DNA of 64,000 bases from Bacteroidota bacterium (GTDB lineage: Bacteria > Eisenbacteria > RBG-16-71-46 > SZUA-252). Below the pieces are notes generated by a model that worked only from the letters and a program-made list of their open reading frames with translations, was not told the origin of the DNA and ran no database searches. Each line of letters starts with the position of its first letter. Positions within the stretch are counted from its first letter, which is position 1. Location: the NCBI GenBank assembly GCA_050257045.1, contig JBLMWD010000093.1, positions 21,242 through 85,241 of the forward strand, given 5' to 3'. Below, piece by piece: positions 18,817-28,798 of this stretch. Both the position numbers and the translations under genes were made by a program.

Positions 18817-19746
18817 TCAACGGTGCGCCGTCGCTCCGCCGATTTCCCGGAGCATGCCGAGGATCCGGTCCAGCTCCTCTTCCGTATGGTACTCGATCAG
18901 GATGCTCCCCGACCCGCCGCGGCGGCGGGTCAGCCTCACCTTGGCGCCCATCACCCTCATCAACTCATCTTCCAGCGCCATGAGTTCCGCGGAAAACGCG
19001 CGGCGAGGGGAGCGCCTCGTCCGGGCGGCCCGCGGCGCGCCCGACCGGCGGATCCGCTCCTCGAGGTCGCGCACCGACCATCCGTGGGAAGCGGCCGTGG
19101 TCGCGAGGTCGGTCTGCTGCTTCGGGGTCGCGAGGGCGAGGAGAGCTCGCCCATGCCCCGCGCTGAGGGAGCCGGATTCCATCAGTTGCTGCACTTCCTG
19201 TGGTAAGTTGTTGAATCGAATCGTGTTCGAAACAGTGGATCGATCCTTCCCGACGCGCTGCCCGATTTCCTCGTGCTGAAGACCGTATTCCGTTGCGAGT
19301 CGGTAATAAGCGCGCGCTTCGTCGATCGGATTCAGATTCTCGCGCTGGATGTTCTCGATGAGCGCGATCAGGAGCGATTCGCGATCCGTGAGCGGACGGA
19401 TGATGGAGGGGATCGCCGCAAGGCCGGCTTCCCGCGCGGCCAGGAACCGCCGCTCTCCCGCCACCAGTTGATACCCGTCGCCGGCGGGCCGGAGAAGAAC
19501 GGGCTGGAGGACGCCGCGCTCCCGGATCGAGGAGGCCAGCTCCTGGATCGCGGCCGGATCGAACTGGGACCGCGGCTGCGACGGATTGCGGACGATCTTG
19601 CCGAGCGGGATGTGCTGGATATCTCCGGATCGGACCTCTCCCTGCCGGGGGTCGGCCGGGCGCGGCTCCGGAACCACCGAAACCTCCCGTTCGACCGCGG
19701 CCGGAATCAATGCCTCGAGCCCCCGACCAAGCGCCTTTCTAACCAC
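18817..19746 (-). CDS. parB: Chromosome partitioning protein ParB
   Basis: Track ORF trimmed to GTG 19746 (VVRKALGRGLEALIP...), with a GGAGG SD 9 nt upstream. It has ParB box motifs (GERRFLAAREAGL) and an HTH. The start overlaps the parA stop by 8 nt. Confidence 0.85.
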   Translation of the reverse strand: MVRKALGRGLEALIPAAVEREVSVVPEPRPADPRQGEVRSGDIQHIPLGKIVRNPSQPRSQFDPAAIQELASSIRERGVLQPVLLRPAGDGYQLVAGERRFLAAREAGLAAIPSIIRPLTDRESLLIALIENIQRENLNPIDEARAYYRLATEYGLQHEEIGQRVGKDRSTVSNTIRFNNLPQEVQQLMESGSLSAGHGRALLALATPKQQTDLATTAASHGWSVRDLEERIRRSGAPRAARTRRSPRRAFSAELMALEDELMRVMGAKVRLTRRRGGSGSILIEYHTEEELDRILGMLREIGGATAHR

Positions 19747-20500
19747 GTTCCAACACCTCCCTCGCCAAGTTGACGTAGCTCGTGGCACCCGCGCACTGAG
19801 GATCATAGATGACGACCGGCTTCCCGAAGCTGGGCGCCTCGCTCAGGCGCACGTTGCGTGGGATGACGGTTCGATAGACGCGCTCCGCGAAGAAACGACG
19901 GGTCTCCTCCAGGACCTGCTGCGACAGGTTTAGCCGGTTATCGTACATGGTCAGCAGAACGCCTTCGATCTGGAGGTCCGGGTTGAGGCCCTGTTGCACC
20001 AGGCGGATCGCGCCCAGGAGATGGCTCAACCCTTCGAGCGCGTAGTATTCGCACTGCACGGGGACGAGGACCGAGCGCGCCGCGGTCAGCGCATTGATGG
20101 TCAGGAAGCCGAGCGAGGGAGGCGCGTCGATAAGGATGAAATCGAAGTCACGCTCCACCTCGTGCAGCGCATCCTTGAGCCGGTACTCGCGGCGGTCCAC
20201 CCCGACCAGCTCCACTTCCGCACCCACCAGCCGCTGGCCGGAGGGGACGAGCGTGAGCCCCGGCACTTCGGTCTCCATCGCGACGTCCCGGATCGAGGCG
20301 TGCCCGGTGAGCACGTCGTAGATCCCCCGCGCCACCTTCAGTCCCGGATAGCCGAGACCGCTGCCCGCGTTCCCCTGGGGATCGAGGTCGATCAGGAGCA
20401 CCTTGCGGCCCGCGAGCGCGAGCGAGGCCGCGAGATTCACCGCCGTGGTCGTCTTCCCGACGCCACCCTTCTGGTTCGCTACCGCTACCGTCCTTGGCAT
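19739..20500 (-). CDS. parA: Chromosome partitioning ATPase ParA (Soj)
   Basis: 253 aa from ATG 20500 (MPRTVAVANQKGGVGKTTTAVNLAA...), with the deviant Walker A KGGVGKTT. Confidence 0.9.
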   Translation of the reverse strand: MPRTVAVANQKGGVGKTTTAVNLAASLALAGRKVLLIDLDPQGNAGSGLGYPGLKVARGIYDVLTGHASIRDVAMETEVPGLTLVPSGQRLVGAEVELVGVDRREYRLKDALHEVERDFDFILIDAPPSLGFLTINALTAARSVLVPVQCEYYALEGLSHLLGAIRLVQQGLNPDLQIEGVLLTMYDNRLNLSQQVLEETRRFFAERVYRTVIPRNVRLSEAPSFGKPVVIYDPQCAGATSYVNLAREVLERG

Positions 20501-20595
20501 CACCCCACCACCCCTGCTCACGAACCGAGCTTTGAGTTGTTTGAATCGGGGATGGTGCAGTGTAGGGGAGATCACGATTCGGCGCTAGAGATTCC

Positions 20596-20611
20596 ATGTT
20601 TCACGTGAAAC
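20596..20611. promoter_or_regulatory. parS centromere-like site (15/16 match to TGTTTCACGTGAAACA)
   Basis: Sequence TGTTTCACGTGAAACG lies 95 bp upstream of the parA start. Confidence 0.85.
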
Positions 20612-20988
20612 GTGGCGGTATTTTGCTGTGAACACGTGCGTTGCCCCGGAGAGCCCGAAACTAACCTGTGCGACGCGAGCGAGGCGCGCTTTGCGCCCCC
20701 GTGCGGTTGTACTGGTCTCAAGTCACAACGAACGCGAAGCTCTTTAGGTCGTGGGATTGGGGAGTAGAAGCGGCTACGAGCCGAGGCCCTTGGTGGGGTT
20801 GGTTCGACAACATCTCCCAGGAGATGTTGTCGCGTGCCAATCTGTCGCGGATCCATCCGAATCGGACGCGGCCAGCTGGTTCAACGGAACAGGAGTTCGC
20901 CCGCCTGCGGGCGGGCGCATATCCGTGAAACACGGAGTTAGTTTCGAGGTCTCCGGGGTAACGAACGATTTTCTAGGGATTTACGGCC

Positions 20989-21004
20989 ATGTTTCACGTG
21001 AAAC
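20989..21004. promoter_or_regulatory. parS centromere-like site, perfect 16/16 palindrome TGTTTCACGTGAAACA
   Basis: Exact consensus parS lies 16 bp downstream of the rsmG stop. Confidence 0.9.
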
Positions 21005-21019
21005 ATGCGCCATGCCGCC

Positions 21020-21718
21020 TTATGGACGGGGGAATTTGCCCGTGAGAAGACGCCCGCCGAAGGCCCCCTTCATCACCTCGGCCGAGGCGCTCTCCCCATC
21101 GAGAGCCTCTTCCCTGGAGCGCGACCCGAGGAAGTAGACCCAGCCGGCATCCTCGGTGGCCGCTTTCGAGGCGTTCGCCAGAGTCACCGCCAAGTCACCG
21201 AGCGCCCGGATGAAGACGGCATCGAAGGGGCCGGACGTCCAGCTCCGCCCGTAATCCTCGAGGCGCGCGCACACGACCCGCACATTGCGGAGCCCAAGCG
21301 CACGCACGGCCTGTTCGAGGAAGCCCGCCTTTCGCTCGCGCGACTCGAGCAGCACCACCTGCGACGCCGGCCATGCGATCGCGAGGGGAATGCCCGGCAG
21401 TCCGGCTCCGCTGCCGATGTCCAGGGCCGAACGTGGCGGCGCCGGGAGGGCCGTGAGGGCGTTCAGTGAATCGAGCACGTGGCGGGTGTAGACGTGGGCG
21501 CGGTCTCCCTTGCCGATCAGGGCCAGGCCGGCCGCCCGCTGATAGAGCAGGCGCCCGTACTCGCGCCACAGGCGTAGCGCCGTCGGGTCGCGAACCGGGT
21601 CGAGGCCACTTCCTGCACCGGCCGCGGCCTGGCCCAGCGCTTCGCGGAAGCGCTCGAAATCCGGATTCAGCTCAGGAGGAAGATCGCGAGGAGGCGCGCC
21701 GGCGCTCTCGTTCGGCAT
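21020..21718 (-). CDS. rsmG: 16S rRNA (guanine527-N7)-methyltransferase
   Basis: Track ORF of 232 aa with the SAM-binding motif [16 protein letters not shown]. It sits in the gidA-gidB context. Confidence 0.85.
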   Translation of the reverse strand: MPNESAGAPPRDLPPELNPDFERFREALGQAAAGAGSGLDPVRDPTALRLWREYGRLLYQRAAGLALIGKGDRAHVYTRHVLDSLNALTALPAPPRSALDIGSGAGLPGIPLAIAWPASQVVLLESRERKAGFLEQAVRALGLRNVRVVCARLEDYGRSWTSGPFDAVFIRALGDLAVTLANASKAATEDAGWVYFLGSRSREEALDGESASAEVMKGAFGGRLLTGKFPRP

Positions 21719-23516
21719 AGATCGTCAGCACCGCGACGTCAGCGGGCGAGAAGCCGGGCAGTCTCGATGCCTGCCCGACGGTGGAGGGCCGGAACCGACG
21801 GATCTTCTCGTGCCCCTCTCGAGAAAGCCCCTGCATCTCGATCGTGAGCAGCCCGTCGGGGATTTCGAGTCGCTCGTTGTGGGAGGCGCGCTCCACGGCG
21901 CGGCGCTGGCGCTCGATGTAGCCCTCGTAACGGATCTCGATGAGAGCCGACTCGGCCGCCTCGTCCTCCACGGAGACCGATGCCGTCGCGTGGCCGCTCG
22001 CGCCGGCCACGCCCGACCGTACGAGATGCTCGTGCGGACGGTTGGTGACCGAGCCCACGCCGCGCACCGCGCGCAGACGTCCCAGCGCGGCACGCGTGGC
22101 GGCCATTCGCGTCTCGAGCACCTGCAGCTCGTCGCGGTCCAGGGTGCCGATCGAGCGCGCATGGTGCGCGAGCCGCTCGGGCGCGTTGTCCTGGCGCAGC
22201 AGGAGCCGATGTTCGGCGCTCGATGTGAACATGCGGTACGGCTCCTCGGTCCCTTTGGTCACGAGGTCGTCGATGAGAACTCCGATGTAGGCTTCGTCCC
22301 GCCGGAGGACGAACGGCTCGCGGCCGAGAATCCGGTTCGCGGCGTTGATCCCCGCCATGAGCCCTTGGGCCGCGGCTTCCTCGTACCCCGACGTGCCGTT
22401 GATCTGACCCGCCAGGAAGAGGCCGGCCACCGGGCGCGTCTCGAGCGTGGGACGGAGCTGCGTTGGAGGAACGAAGTCGTACTCGACGGCGTAGCCGGTG
22501 CGAATCAGCTCGGCCTCCTCGAGCCCGGGAATCGTCTTCAACATCTCGCGCTGGACGTCCTCGGGCAGGCTCGTCGAGAGCCCGTTGACGTAGTACTCGT
22601 GCGTCGTCCGTCCCTCCGGCTCGAGGAAGATCTGGTGCGCCGTCTTGTCGGCAAAGCGAACCACCTTGTCCTCCACCGACGGACAGTATCGAGGGCCGAT
22701 GCCGCGGATCTTCCCGGTGTAGAGCGGCGACCGGTGGAGGTTGGCGCGGATCACGTCGTGCGTCTCGGCCGTGGTCGCGGTGAGGTGGCAGAGCACCTGG
22801 TCGACGCAGAGCGACTCGGTGAAGTGCGAGAACGGCCGCGGCGGATCATCGCCTCGCTGCTCGAGACATCGCGCGAAGTCGATCGAGTCCCGATGGAGGC
22901 GGGGCGGCGTGCCGGTCTTCAGCCGGATCATCGTGAACCCAAGCGAGGTCAGGCACTCCGAGATCCCGCGCGACGGGGCCTCGCCGGCCCGGCCGCCCGG
23001 CGTGCTTCGATCGCCGACGTGCAGGAGCCCGTTCAAAAAGGTGCCTGGGGTCACCACGACCGCTTCGGCTTCCAGCACATCGCCCGCCGCGGTCCGGACG
23101 CCGCGCACGATCCCGCCTTCCACCACGAGCCCGGTGACCTGCGTTTGCACGAGCGTGATCCCGGCGGTGTGCTCGAGATGCTCGCGAACGATCGTCCGGT
23201 AGAGGGCCTTGTCTTCCTGGGCGCGTGGCGACCAGACGGCCGGTCCGCGGCCGCGGTTCAGCATCTTGAACTGGATCCCGGCACGGTCGGCCATCCGCCC
23301 CATGATGCCGCCAAGCGCATCGATCTCTCGCACCAGGTGGCCCTTGGCCAATCCGCCGATCGCCGGATTGCACGGCATGTGCGCGATCGACTCGAAGCTC
23401 ATCGTGACGAGCCCCACGTCGATCCCGAGGCGTGCCGCGATCGAGGCAGCCTCACAGCCAGCGTGACCCGCGCCGATCACGAGCATCGAGTAGTGACTTC
23501 GCGGCACGCCGCTCAT
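21672..23516 (-). CDS. mnmG: tRNA uridine 5-carboxymethylaminomethyl modification enzyme MnmG (GidA)
   Basis: Track ORF of 614 aa with FAD-binding [12 protein letters not shown] and a conserved GidA core. Confidence 0.9.
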   Translation of the reverse strand: MSGVPRSHYSMLVIGAGHAGCEAASIAARLGIDVGLVTMSFESIAHMPCNPAIGGLAKGHLVREIDALGGIMGRMADRAGIQFKMLNRGRGPAVWSPRAQEDKALYRTIVREHLEHTAGITLVQTQVTGLVVEGGIVRGVRTAAGDVLEAEAVVVTPGTFLNGLLHVGDRSTPGGRAGEAPSRGISECLTSLGFTMIRLKTGTPPRLHRDSIDFARCLEQRGDDPPRPFSHFTESLCVDQVLCHLTATTAETHDVIRANLHRSPLYTGKIRGIGPRYCPSVEDKVVRFADKTAHQIFLEPEGRTTHEYYVNGLSTSLPEDVQREMLKTIPGLEEAELIRTGYAVEYDFVPPTQLRPTLETRPVAGLFLAGQINGTSGYEEAAAQGLMAGINAANRILGREPFVLRRDEAYIGVLIDDLVTKGTEEPYRMFTSSAEHRLLLRQDNAPERLAHHARSIGTLDRDELQVLETRMAATRAALGRLRAVRGVGSVTNRPHEHLVRSGVAGASGHATASVSVEDEAAESALIEIRYEGYIERQRRAVERASHNERLEIPDGLLTIEMQGLSREGHEKIRRFRPSTVGQASRLPGFSPADVAVLTIYAERERRRASSRSSS

Positions 23517-24979
23517 TTGCCGATGCAGAATCGGGAGAAGATGGCGGCGATCACGTCCTGATCGACGCCGCGGCCGACGATCTCGCCCAGGGCGCGGCGC
23601 GCGTCGGTGAGATCGACGGCGATCAGGTCGTACGAAGCGTCATCCAGAAGCGCGGCTCGAGCACGGCGGATCGATTCGAGCGCTTCCGCGAGGAGCGCCT
23701 CCTGGCGCGCGCTCGTCGCGGGCGCCTCCTCTCCGGCGGCGGCGCCGAGCAGCATCGGAAGACATGCGCGAAGAGCGTCGCGGAGCGTTGCCGCGCCGCC
23801 GGGCTCGATCGCAACGGTCTCGACTTCGGCGACAATCGAACGATCCTCGAGGACGGTGCCGGCCCAGCTCCGAGCCGGCGTCTCCGCATGCTTCTTCGCG
23901 CGCCCCGAGCCGTTCCCGCCACTGCTTCGCGCCAGGTCGGCCTTGTTCCACGCCACCACGACCGGAGCGGCCCTCTCGGCCAGCTCCGGCGCCCGCCTCT
24001 CGGCCGGCTCCGGCACCCGCCGCCCGAGCGCGCCGACGCTCGCCTCGGGATCGGACCGGTCGAGGACGACCACGGCGAGATCGGTGGCTTCGAGCGCCGA
24101 TTCGGCGCGCGCGATGCCGAGCCGCTCGACCGGGTCGTCGCTCGCCCGAATGCCGGCGGTGTCGGTGAGGCGGACCTCGATTCCATCGAGCCAGACCGCG
24201 CTCTCCACGGTATCGCGCGTCGTCCCCGGCGTCGCGCTCACGATGGCGCGATCGAATCCGACCAGCGCGTTCAGGAGGCTCGACTTTCCGACATTCGGCG
24301 GGCCCGCGAGCACGACCGACACGCCCGACTCGCGCCGGCGCGCCGACGGGACGCCTTCGAGCCAGGGCTCGATCTCGGCCGCGACCGACCCGCACCGCGC
24401 CGCGAGCGCCGTTCCGTCGAGCGGCTCGGAGGCGTCGGCGGGAAAATCGATCCGCGCCTCGACCTCGGCGAGCAGCTCCACGAGCGCCGCGTCGAGCCGC
24501 GCCACGCGCCGCGAGACCGCGCCCCCGAGCGTCGCGCGCGCGGCGCGCGCCGCCGACTCGGATCGCGCGCGCACCAGGCCGGCTACCGACTCGGCTTGCG
24601 CGAGATCGAGCTTCCCGTTCCGGAACGCGCGCTCCGTGAATTCGCCGGGACGCGCGGGGCGCCCGCCGGAGCGGACCAGCGCGTCCAGGATCCCCCCGGG
24701 GATCACCGCACCGCCGTGCGAGGAGATCTCCACCACGTCCTCGCCCGTATACGAATGGGGGGCGCGGAACACGGAGAGGAGCACGGAATCGACCGGCGCG
24801 CCGTCCGAATCGACGAACCGACCGTAGAGGATGTGGTGGGAAGGAGTTGCTTCGGGAGAGCGGCTACCTCGGAAGTGGCGTGCCGCGAGCGCCAAGGCGG
24901 CGGGCCCGCTCACCCGCACGACGGCGACGGCCGATTCGCCCGGAGCCGTCGCGGGAGCGACGATGGTGTCGTCTGCCAC
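23513..24979 (-). CDS. mnmE: tRNA modification GTPase MnmE (TrmE)
   Basis: Track ORF of 488 aa with a GTG start. It has G-domain motifs [20 protein letters not shown] and the C-terminal CIGK. Confidence 0.9.
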   Translation of the reverse strand: MADDTIVAPATAPGESAVAVVRVSGPAALALAARHFRGSRSPEATPSHHILYGRFVDSDGAPVDSVLLSVFRAPHSYTGEDVVEISSHGGAVIPGGILDALVRSGGRPARPGEFTERAFRNGKLDLAQAESVAGLVRARSESAARAARATLGGAVSRRVARLDAALVELLAEVEARIDFPADASEPLDGTALAARCGSVAAEIEPWLEGVPSARRRESGVSVVLAGPPNVGKSSLLNALVGFDRAIVSATPGTTRDTVESAVWLDGIEVRLTDTAGIRASDDPVERLGIARAESALEATDLAVVVLDRSDPEASVGALGRRVPEPAERRAPELAERAAPVVVAWNKADLARSSGGNGSGRAKKHAETPARSWAGTVLEDRSIVAEVETVAIEPGGAATLRDALRACLPMLLGAAAGEEAPATSARQEALLAEALESIRRARAALLDDASYDLIAVDLTDARRALGEIVGRGVDQDVIAAIFSRFCIGK

Positions 24980-24993
24980 CGGGCTTCACGCCC

Positions 24994-25824
24994 TCATCGC
25001 TCGCTCTTCGACGCGGCGTCGGCCGAGGCGCGCCGGATCACCACGCGCTTGTAGTGGCCGTCGCCGATCGTCACGGTCTCCATGCCGGGAACTTCCGCGA
25101 CCTCGAGATGCACGATCCGCCGCTCGCTCGCCGGGAGCGGTTCGGTCGTGACCTCCTCGCCCGATCCGCGCGCCTCTTCGATCAGCTCGCGCGCGAGCAC
25201 GCGGAGCGCTTCGATCTGGCGGTCGCGATAGCCGGCGACGTCCACCTCGAGCCGCGGCGGCGAATCTTCAGGCATCCGCGCGCGGATCATCCGGCCGAGG
25301 AGATGCTGGAGCGCGGCGAGCGTCTCCCCCTCCGGGCCGATGAGGTACTGGTCCCAATCGCCGGCCTGGATCGACACGCGGATCCCGTGCCGCGTCTTCT
25401 CGGCGTCGACACTCGCGGGGAATTCCATGTGCTTCATGATTCCGTCGGCGAGCGCGCGCACGTCGGCGACCAGCTCCGGCGTGATCTTCTCCGGATCCAT
25501 GGGCGGCGGCGGCGGGCCGTACGTCACGGGCGCCGGCCGGCGCGACGGGCCGTAGTGGCCGCGACGGCCGCCGTCGTCGTAGTCGGACGGGGCGCGGCGC
25601 GGCGCTCCGGAGGGCTTCTTCAGCCCCTCGGGCGTGGCGTCGGCCTCACGCCGCCAGGCCTTGATCCGCACGGGCCGGTATCCGCCGCTCGAAGTGGCGG
25701 AGGCGCCGGGGTCGATGATCTCGATCCCGAGCTCGGTCGACTTCAGTCCGAGCTGCGCCGACGCCGCGGCGACCGCGTCCTGGAATGACTCGCCTTCGGT
25801 CTGGATGCCATCGTCGTGATTCAT
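24994..25824 (-). CDS. jag: Jag/KhpB-like RNA-binding protein (KH and R3H domains)
   Basis: Track ORF of 276 aa positioned between yidC and mnmE as in the canonical operon. It has an R3H-like C-terminus with a proline-rich linker. Confidence 0.8.
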   Translation of the reverse strand: MNHDDGIQTEGESFQDAVAAASAQLGLKSTELGIEIIDPGASATSSGGYRPVRIKAWRREADATPEGLKKPSGAPRRAPSDYDDGGRRGHYGPSRRPAPVTYGPPPPPMDPEKITPELVADVRALADGIMKHMEFPASVDAEKTRHGIRVSIQAGDWDQYLIGPEGETLAALQHLLGRMIRARMPEDSPPRLEVDVAGYRDRQIEALRVLARELIEEARGSGEEVTTEPLPASERRIVHLEVAEVPGMETVTIGDGHYKRVVIRRASADAASKSER

Positions 25825-25893
25825 CGATCCGATCCCGTCATAAAGGTTCGCGCTTCACGCTTCCAAACCTGGTCATGGCATCGTGTTCGCGGA

Positions 25894-27594
25894 TCAGGTC
25901 TGCGCCGCCATCCGACGGTCCTCGGCGACATTGACCAGGTACTGCTGGAGCGCGGATACGAGGTTGTTCACCGTCCAGTAGATGATCACGCCGGACGGCA
26001 GATTATACATGATGTAGAGCATCATGACCGGCATCAGGTACATCATGAACTGCTGCCGCGGATCGACCGGGGTCTGCGACTGGAGCAGGAACGTGCTCCC
26101 GGTCATGATGAGCGGCAGGACGTGGATCGGGAAACCCCCCAGGTGCCCGACCACGTCGGGGGCCGAGAGGTCCTTGATCCACCCCGCGAACCCGGCCGAG
26201 CGCAGCTCGATCGCGTGCAGGAGCACCTGGTAGAGCGCCAGGAAGACCGGCAGCTGGAGGAGCATCGGCAGGCACCCCCCCATCGGGTTCACCTTGTGCT
26301 CCTTGTAGAGGTTCAGCATGGCCGAGTTCATCTTGGCCGGATCGTTCGCGTGCTTCTCGCGGATCGCGTTTACTTCGGGCTGCAGGCGGTGCATCACCTT
26401 CATGGTGCGCAGGCTCGACTGCGTGAGCGGGTAGAAGATGAGCTTGGCCGCGAGCGCGATGATGATGATCGCGATCCCGTAATTGGGGATCACCTTGTAG
26501 AGGCCGATCAGCGCCTTGAGCAGGACGGCGCTCACCGGGACGATCCACTTCCATCCGAGATTGGCGAGGTCCTCGAGTCCCGCGCCGATCTGCACGAGCG
26601 TGTCGAAATGGATCGGTCCGGCGTAGATGCGCGCGTGGCGCACGAGGTCCATCCCGGGCGGCGCCGTGCCCGACAGCCAGACGATCGGGAGCTTGTCGGG
26701 ACCTTGCTGGAAGACCACGTCGGTGACGGTCGCGGAGTCGGGAATGACCGTCGCGATGAAGTACTTCGTCCGCTCCCCCGCCCAGCGGACGTTGCCCGAC
26801 AGCCGCCGCGTCCCCTCCTTGGCGATCCGTCCCTCGTCGATCGTCTCGAGCTTCGCGCCGAGATAGGCGACCGCGGTGCGCTCGACCGGACGCGCGTTCA
26901 GCTCCGTGAGCGGGAGCGGCTCGGCCCATCCCATCCGGTAGCGGATCGGTCCGAGGGCCGGCGGCGCCGAGACGCGGATCTCGACCTCGAGGAGATGGGG
27001 ATCGCGGGAGAGCCGGAAGCTCTTGGTCACGCGGATCCCGCTCGAATCCTCGGCGACGTACGTGATCGTGCCCTGCCGCGCGCTCCCCGTTCGGTGGAAC
27101 GGGGCGCCGGAGAAGTCATAGTTGAACGCGCCCGCGCCGACCTCGACGTGCATCGCGCTTCCGCCCGGAGGGATCAGATCGACCGGCGCGTGCCGGCGCG
27201 GGTCCTGGTACGCGGGGAGCACCCACGAGGAGACGGACGCGCCCACGTTCGTGAAGCCGGCGCGGAAGCGATCAGTCACGAGCGAGTCGCGCTCGGCCGG
27301 CGCGGGCGCGACGCGCGCGGGAACCAGGGGCCCTCCCTCTCCGGAGGCGGTCCCGGTGAAGCGGGCGGCCGATGAGGACGCCTCTCCCGGCTGGGCGAGC
27401 GGACGCCCTTCCCGCACCGACTCCGCCGCGGCCGCGCGCGCGGCCGAATCGGCCCTCGCATTGCCGGGCGCGGCCGGGGCGCCCGCCGGCGGCGGCGGCA
27501 CCTGGCGCGGCTTCTCCTTGGGTCCCCAGATCACCTGGTCGATCACGAGGACGCCCATGATGAGCACGATGGCGAGCAGCGTTCTTCGATCCAT
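25894..27594 (-). CDS. yidC: Membrane protein insertase YidC
   Basis: Track ORF of 566 aa with an N-terminal TM, a large periplasmic domain and a conserved C-terminal 5-TM core (KLIFYPLTQSS...MKVMHRLQPE...). Confidence 0.9.
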   Translation of the reverse strand: MDRRTLLAIVLIMGVLVIDQVIWGPKEKPRQVPPPPAGAPAAPGNARADSAARAAAAESVREGRPLAQPGEASSSAARFTGTASGEGGPLVPARVAPAPAERDSLVTDRFRAGFTNVGASVSSWVLPAYQDPRRHAPVDLIPPGGSAMHVEVGAGAFNYDFSGAPFHRTGSARQGTITYVAEDSSGIRVTKSFRLSRDPHLLEVEIRVSAPPALGPIRYRMGWAEPLPLTELNARPVERTAVAYLGAKLETIDEGRIAKEGTRRLSGNVRWAGERTKYFIATVIPDSATVTDVVFQQGPDKLPIVWLSGTAPPGMDLVRHARIYAGPIHFDTLVQIGAGLEDLANLGWKWIVPVSAVLLKALIGLYKVIPNYGIAIIIIALAAKLIFYPLTQSSLRTMKVMHRLQPEVNAIREKHANDPAKMNSAMLNLYKEHKVNPMGGCLPMLLQLPVFLALYQVLLHAIELRSAGFAGWIKDLSAPDVVGHLGGFPIHVLPLIMTGSTFLLQSQTPVDPRQQFMMYLMPVMMLYIMYNLPSGVIIYWTVNNLVSALQQYLVNVAEDRRMAAQT

Positions 27595-27607
27595 GAAGGA
27601 GCCCCGC

Positions 27608-27859
27608 CTACGGCACGGGGTCGTAGCCTCCCGGGTGGAATGGATGGCAGCGGAGGATGCGGCGCGCGGTCAGGTAGAAGCCGCGGAAGAAGCCGTGCCT
27701 CTGGAACGCCTCCTCGGCGTACTCGGAGCACGAGGGGGTGAAGCGGCAGCTCTTCGGGAGCACCGGGGCGATGGCGAAGCGATAGCCGCGGATCAGGAGG
27801 GTCGCGACCGACCCGAGCGGACTCAATCGAGCCGGATCGGGATTCGCGGGCGCGCTCAC
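27608..27859 (-). CDS. yidD: Membrane protein insertion efficiency factor YidD
   Basis: The C-terminal 83 aa of the track ORF 27608..28192 carry the YidD hallmark [36 protein letters not shown]. The start is taken at the in-frame GTG 27859 just after the rnpA stop. The upstream part of the track ORF is out-of-frame overlap with rnpA. Confidence 0.65.
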   Translation of the reverse strand: MSAPANPDPARLSPLGSVATLLIRGYRFAIAPVLPKSCRFTPSCSEYAEEAFQRHGFFRGFYLTARRILRCHPFHPGGYDPVP

Positions 27860-27888
27860 GGAGCCGCGATCGGCGTTCGCGGGAGCGC

Positions 27889-28236
27889 TCACCGCGATTC
27901 CCGACCCACGAGGCGCGCCATCTCGGCCGCAACGTCGCCGAGGTTCGATCGCGAGCAGGCGGCCCGCGCGATCCAGATGCGCCACCGCGGCTCCTCGCGA
28001 AGCGATTCGGACAGGCCGCGGAATCCTTCGCGCAGAAGCCGTTTCGCGCGGTTCCGGCGCACGGCGGATCCGACCTTCCGGCTCGCGACATACGCGATCC
28101 GGCCGTGGTCGCCGGGCTTGCCGAGACTCACGAGCGACATCAGCGTGCCGTGATAGGAGCTGCCTGACCGATAGACCTCGCGAAACTGCCATCCGGAGCG
28201 GAGGCGGCGATCGCGAAGCGGGACGGCGCCGGCCAT
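27889..28236 (-). CDS. rnpA: RNase P protein component
   Basis: Track ORF of 115 aa, basic, with the RnpA motif [15 protein letters not shown]. It lies between rpmH and yidD. Confidence 0.85.
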   Translation of the reverse strand: MAGAVPLRDRRLRSGWQFREVYRSGSSYHGTLMSLVSLGKPGDHGRIAYVASRKVGSAVRRNRAKRLLREGFRGLSESLREEPRWRIWIARAACSRSNLGDVAAEMARLVGRESR

Positions 28237-28261
28237 GGGCGAATCGCCGGGCGCGGCCGCG

Positions 28262-28396
28262 TCAGACGGTGAGACGTTTGCGGCCCCGGTCGCGGCGGCG
28301 CTTCAGGACCGCGCGGCCGCCGCGGGTGCTCATGCGCTCGCGGAAGCCGTGGACCTTCTTCCGGCGGCGGTTGTGCGGCTGGAACGTGCGCTTCAC
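28262..28396 (-). CDS. rpmH: 50S ribosomal protein L34
   Basis: Manual translation from GTG 28396 gives [44 protein letters not shown] (44 aa), near-identical to the universal L34. It is absent from the track, presumably because it is under the length cut-off. A GAGG SD is upstream. Confidence 0.85.
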   Translation of the reverse strand: MKRTFQPHNRRRKKVHGFRERMSTRGGRAVLKRRRDRGRKRLTV

Positions 28397-28741
28397 GGTG
28401 ATGCCTCGTGCTGTTGGAAGTGGAGATCGAGTTCGTCGACGAGTGGGGGAGTCTAACCGACGCTCTGTACGCGGTCAAGGACGAGCGCGTCGCCGGATCG
28501 GACGCGGCGTCTTCAACAATTTCGTTGCGGAGCCGCAACGCACGGACGTAGAGTGCGCCCCTCGGCGAACGTCAGACGCGATTCCCTCTGGTCGCGGCGA
28601 ACGCCCGTTGACCTTCCCGGCGCGCTCGTGGCGCGCCTTCAATGAAAGTCGAAAAAAAATGTCGTCGGAACGCGCGCTGCCCGACATCGCGTTTTCGGGG
28701 CGTAACGGAACTACACGCAATCCGTTACGCCCCTGCTATTT

Positions 28742-28750
28742 TGTGGATAA
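28742..28750 (-). promoter_or_regulatory. Consensus DnaA box (TGTGGATAA = TTATCCACA) in the dnaA promoter, with a second degenerate box at 28754..28762
   Basis: There is a 9/9 match 49 bp upstream of the dnaA ATG, followed by TGTGGATTG (7/9). This is the typical dnaA autoregulatory arrangement. Confidence 0.7.
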
Positions 28751-28798
28751 GTGTGTGGATTGTGCGTGGAGTGGGTGTGGTCAAGTGGGGATAGGGAA

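Noticed and set aside
20795-20812. GGTTCGA-like T-loop motif suggesting a tRNA
   Set aside because: It has no acceptor stem, D-arm or anticodon arm around it. The motif belongs to the flank of a simple palindrome.
20572-21137. Four small ORFs (85 to 128 aa) in the parA-rsmG spacer
   Set aside because: GC3 is only about 60% against about 90% for real genes here. They overlap the parS sites and the palindrome, so the region is treated as non-coding.
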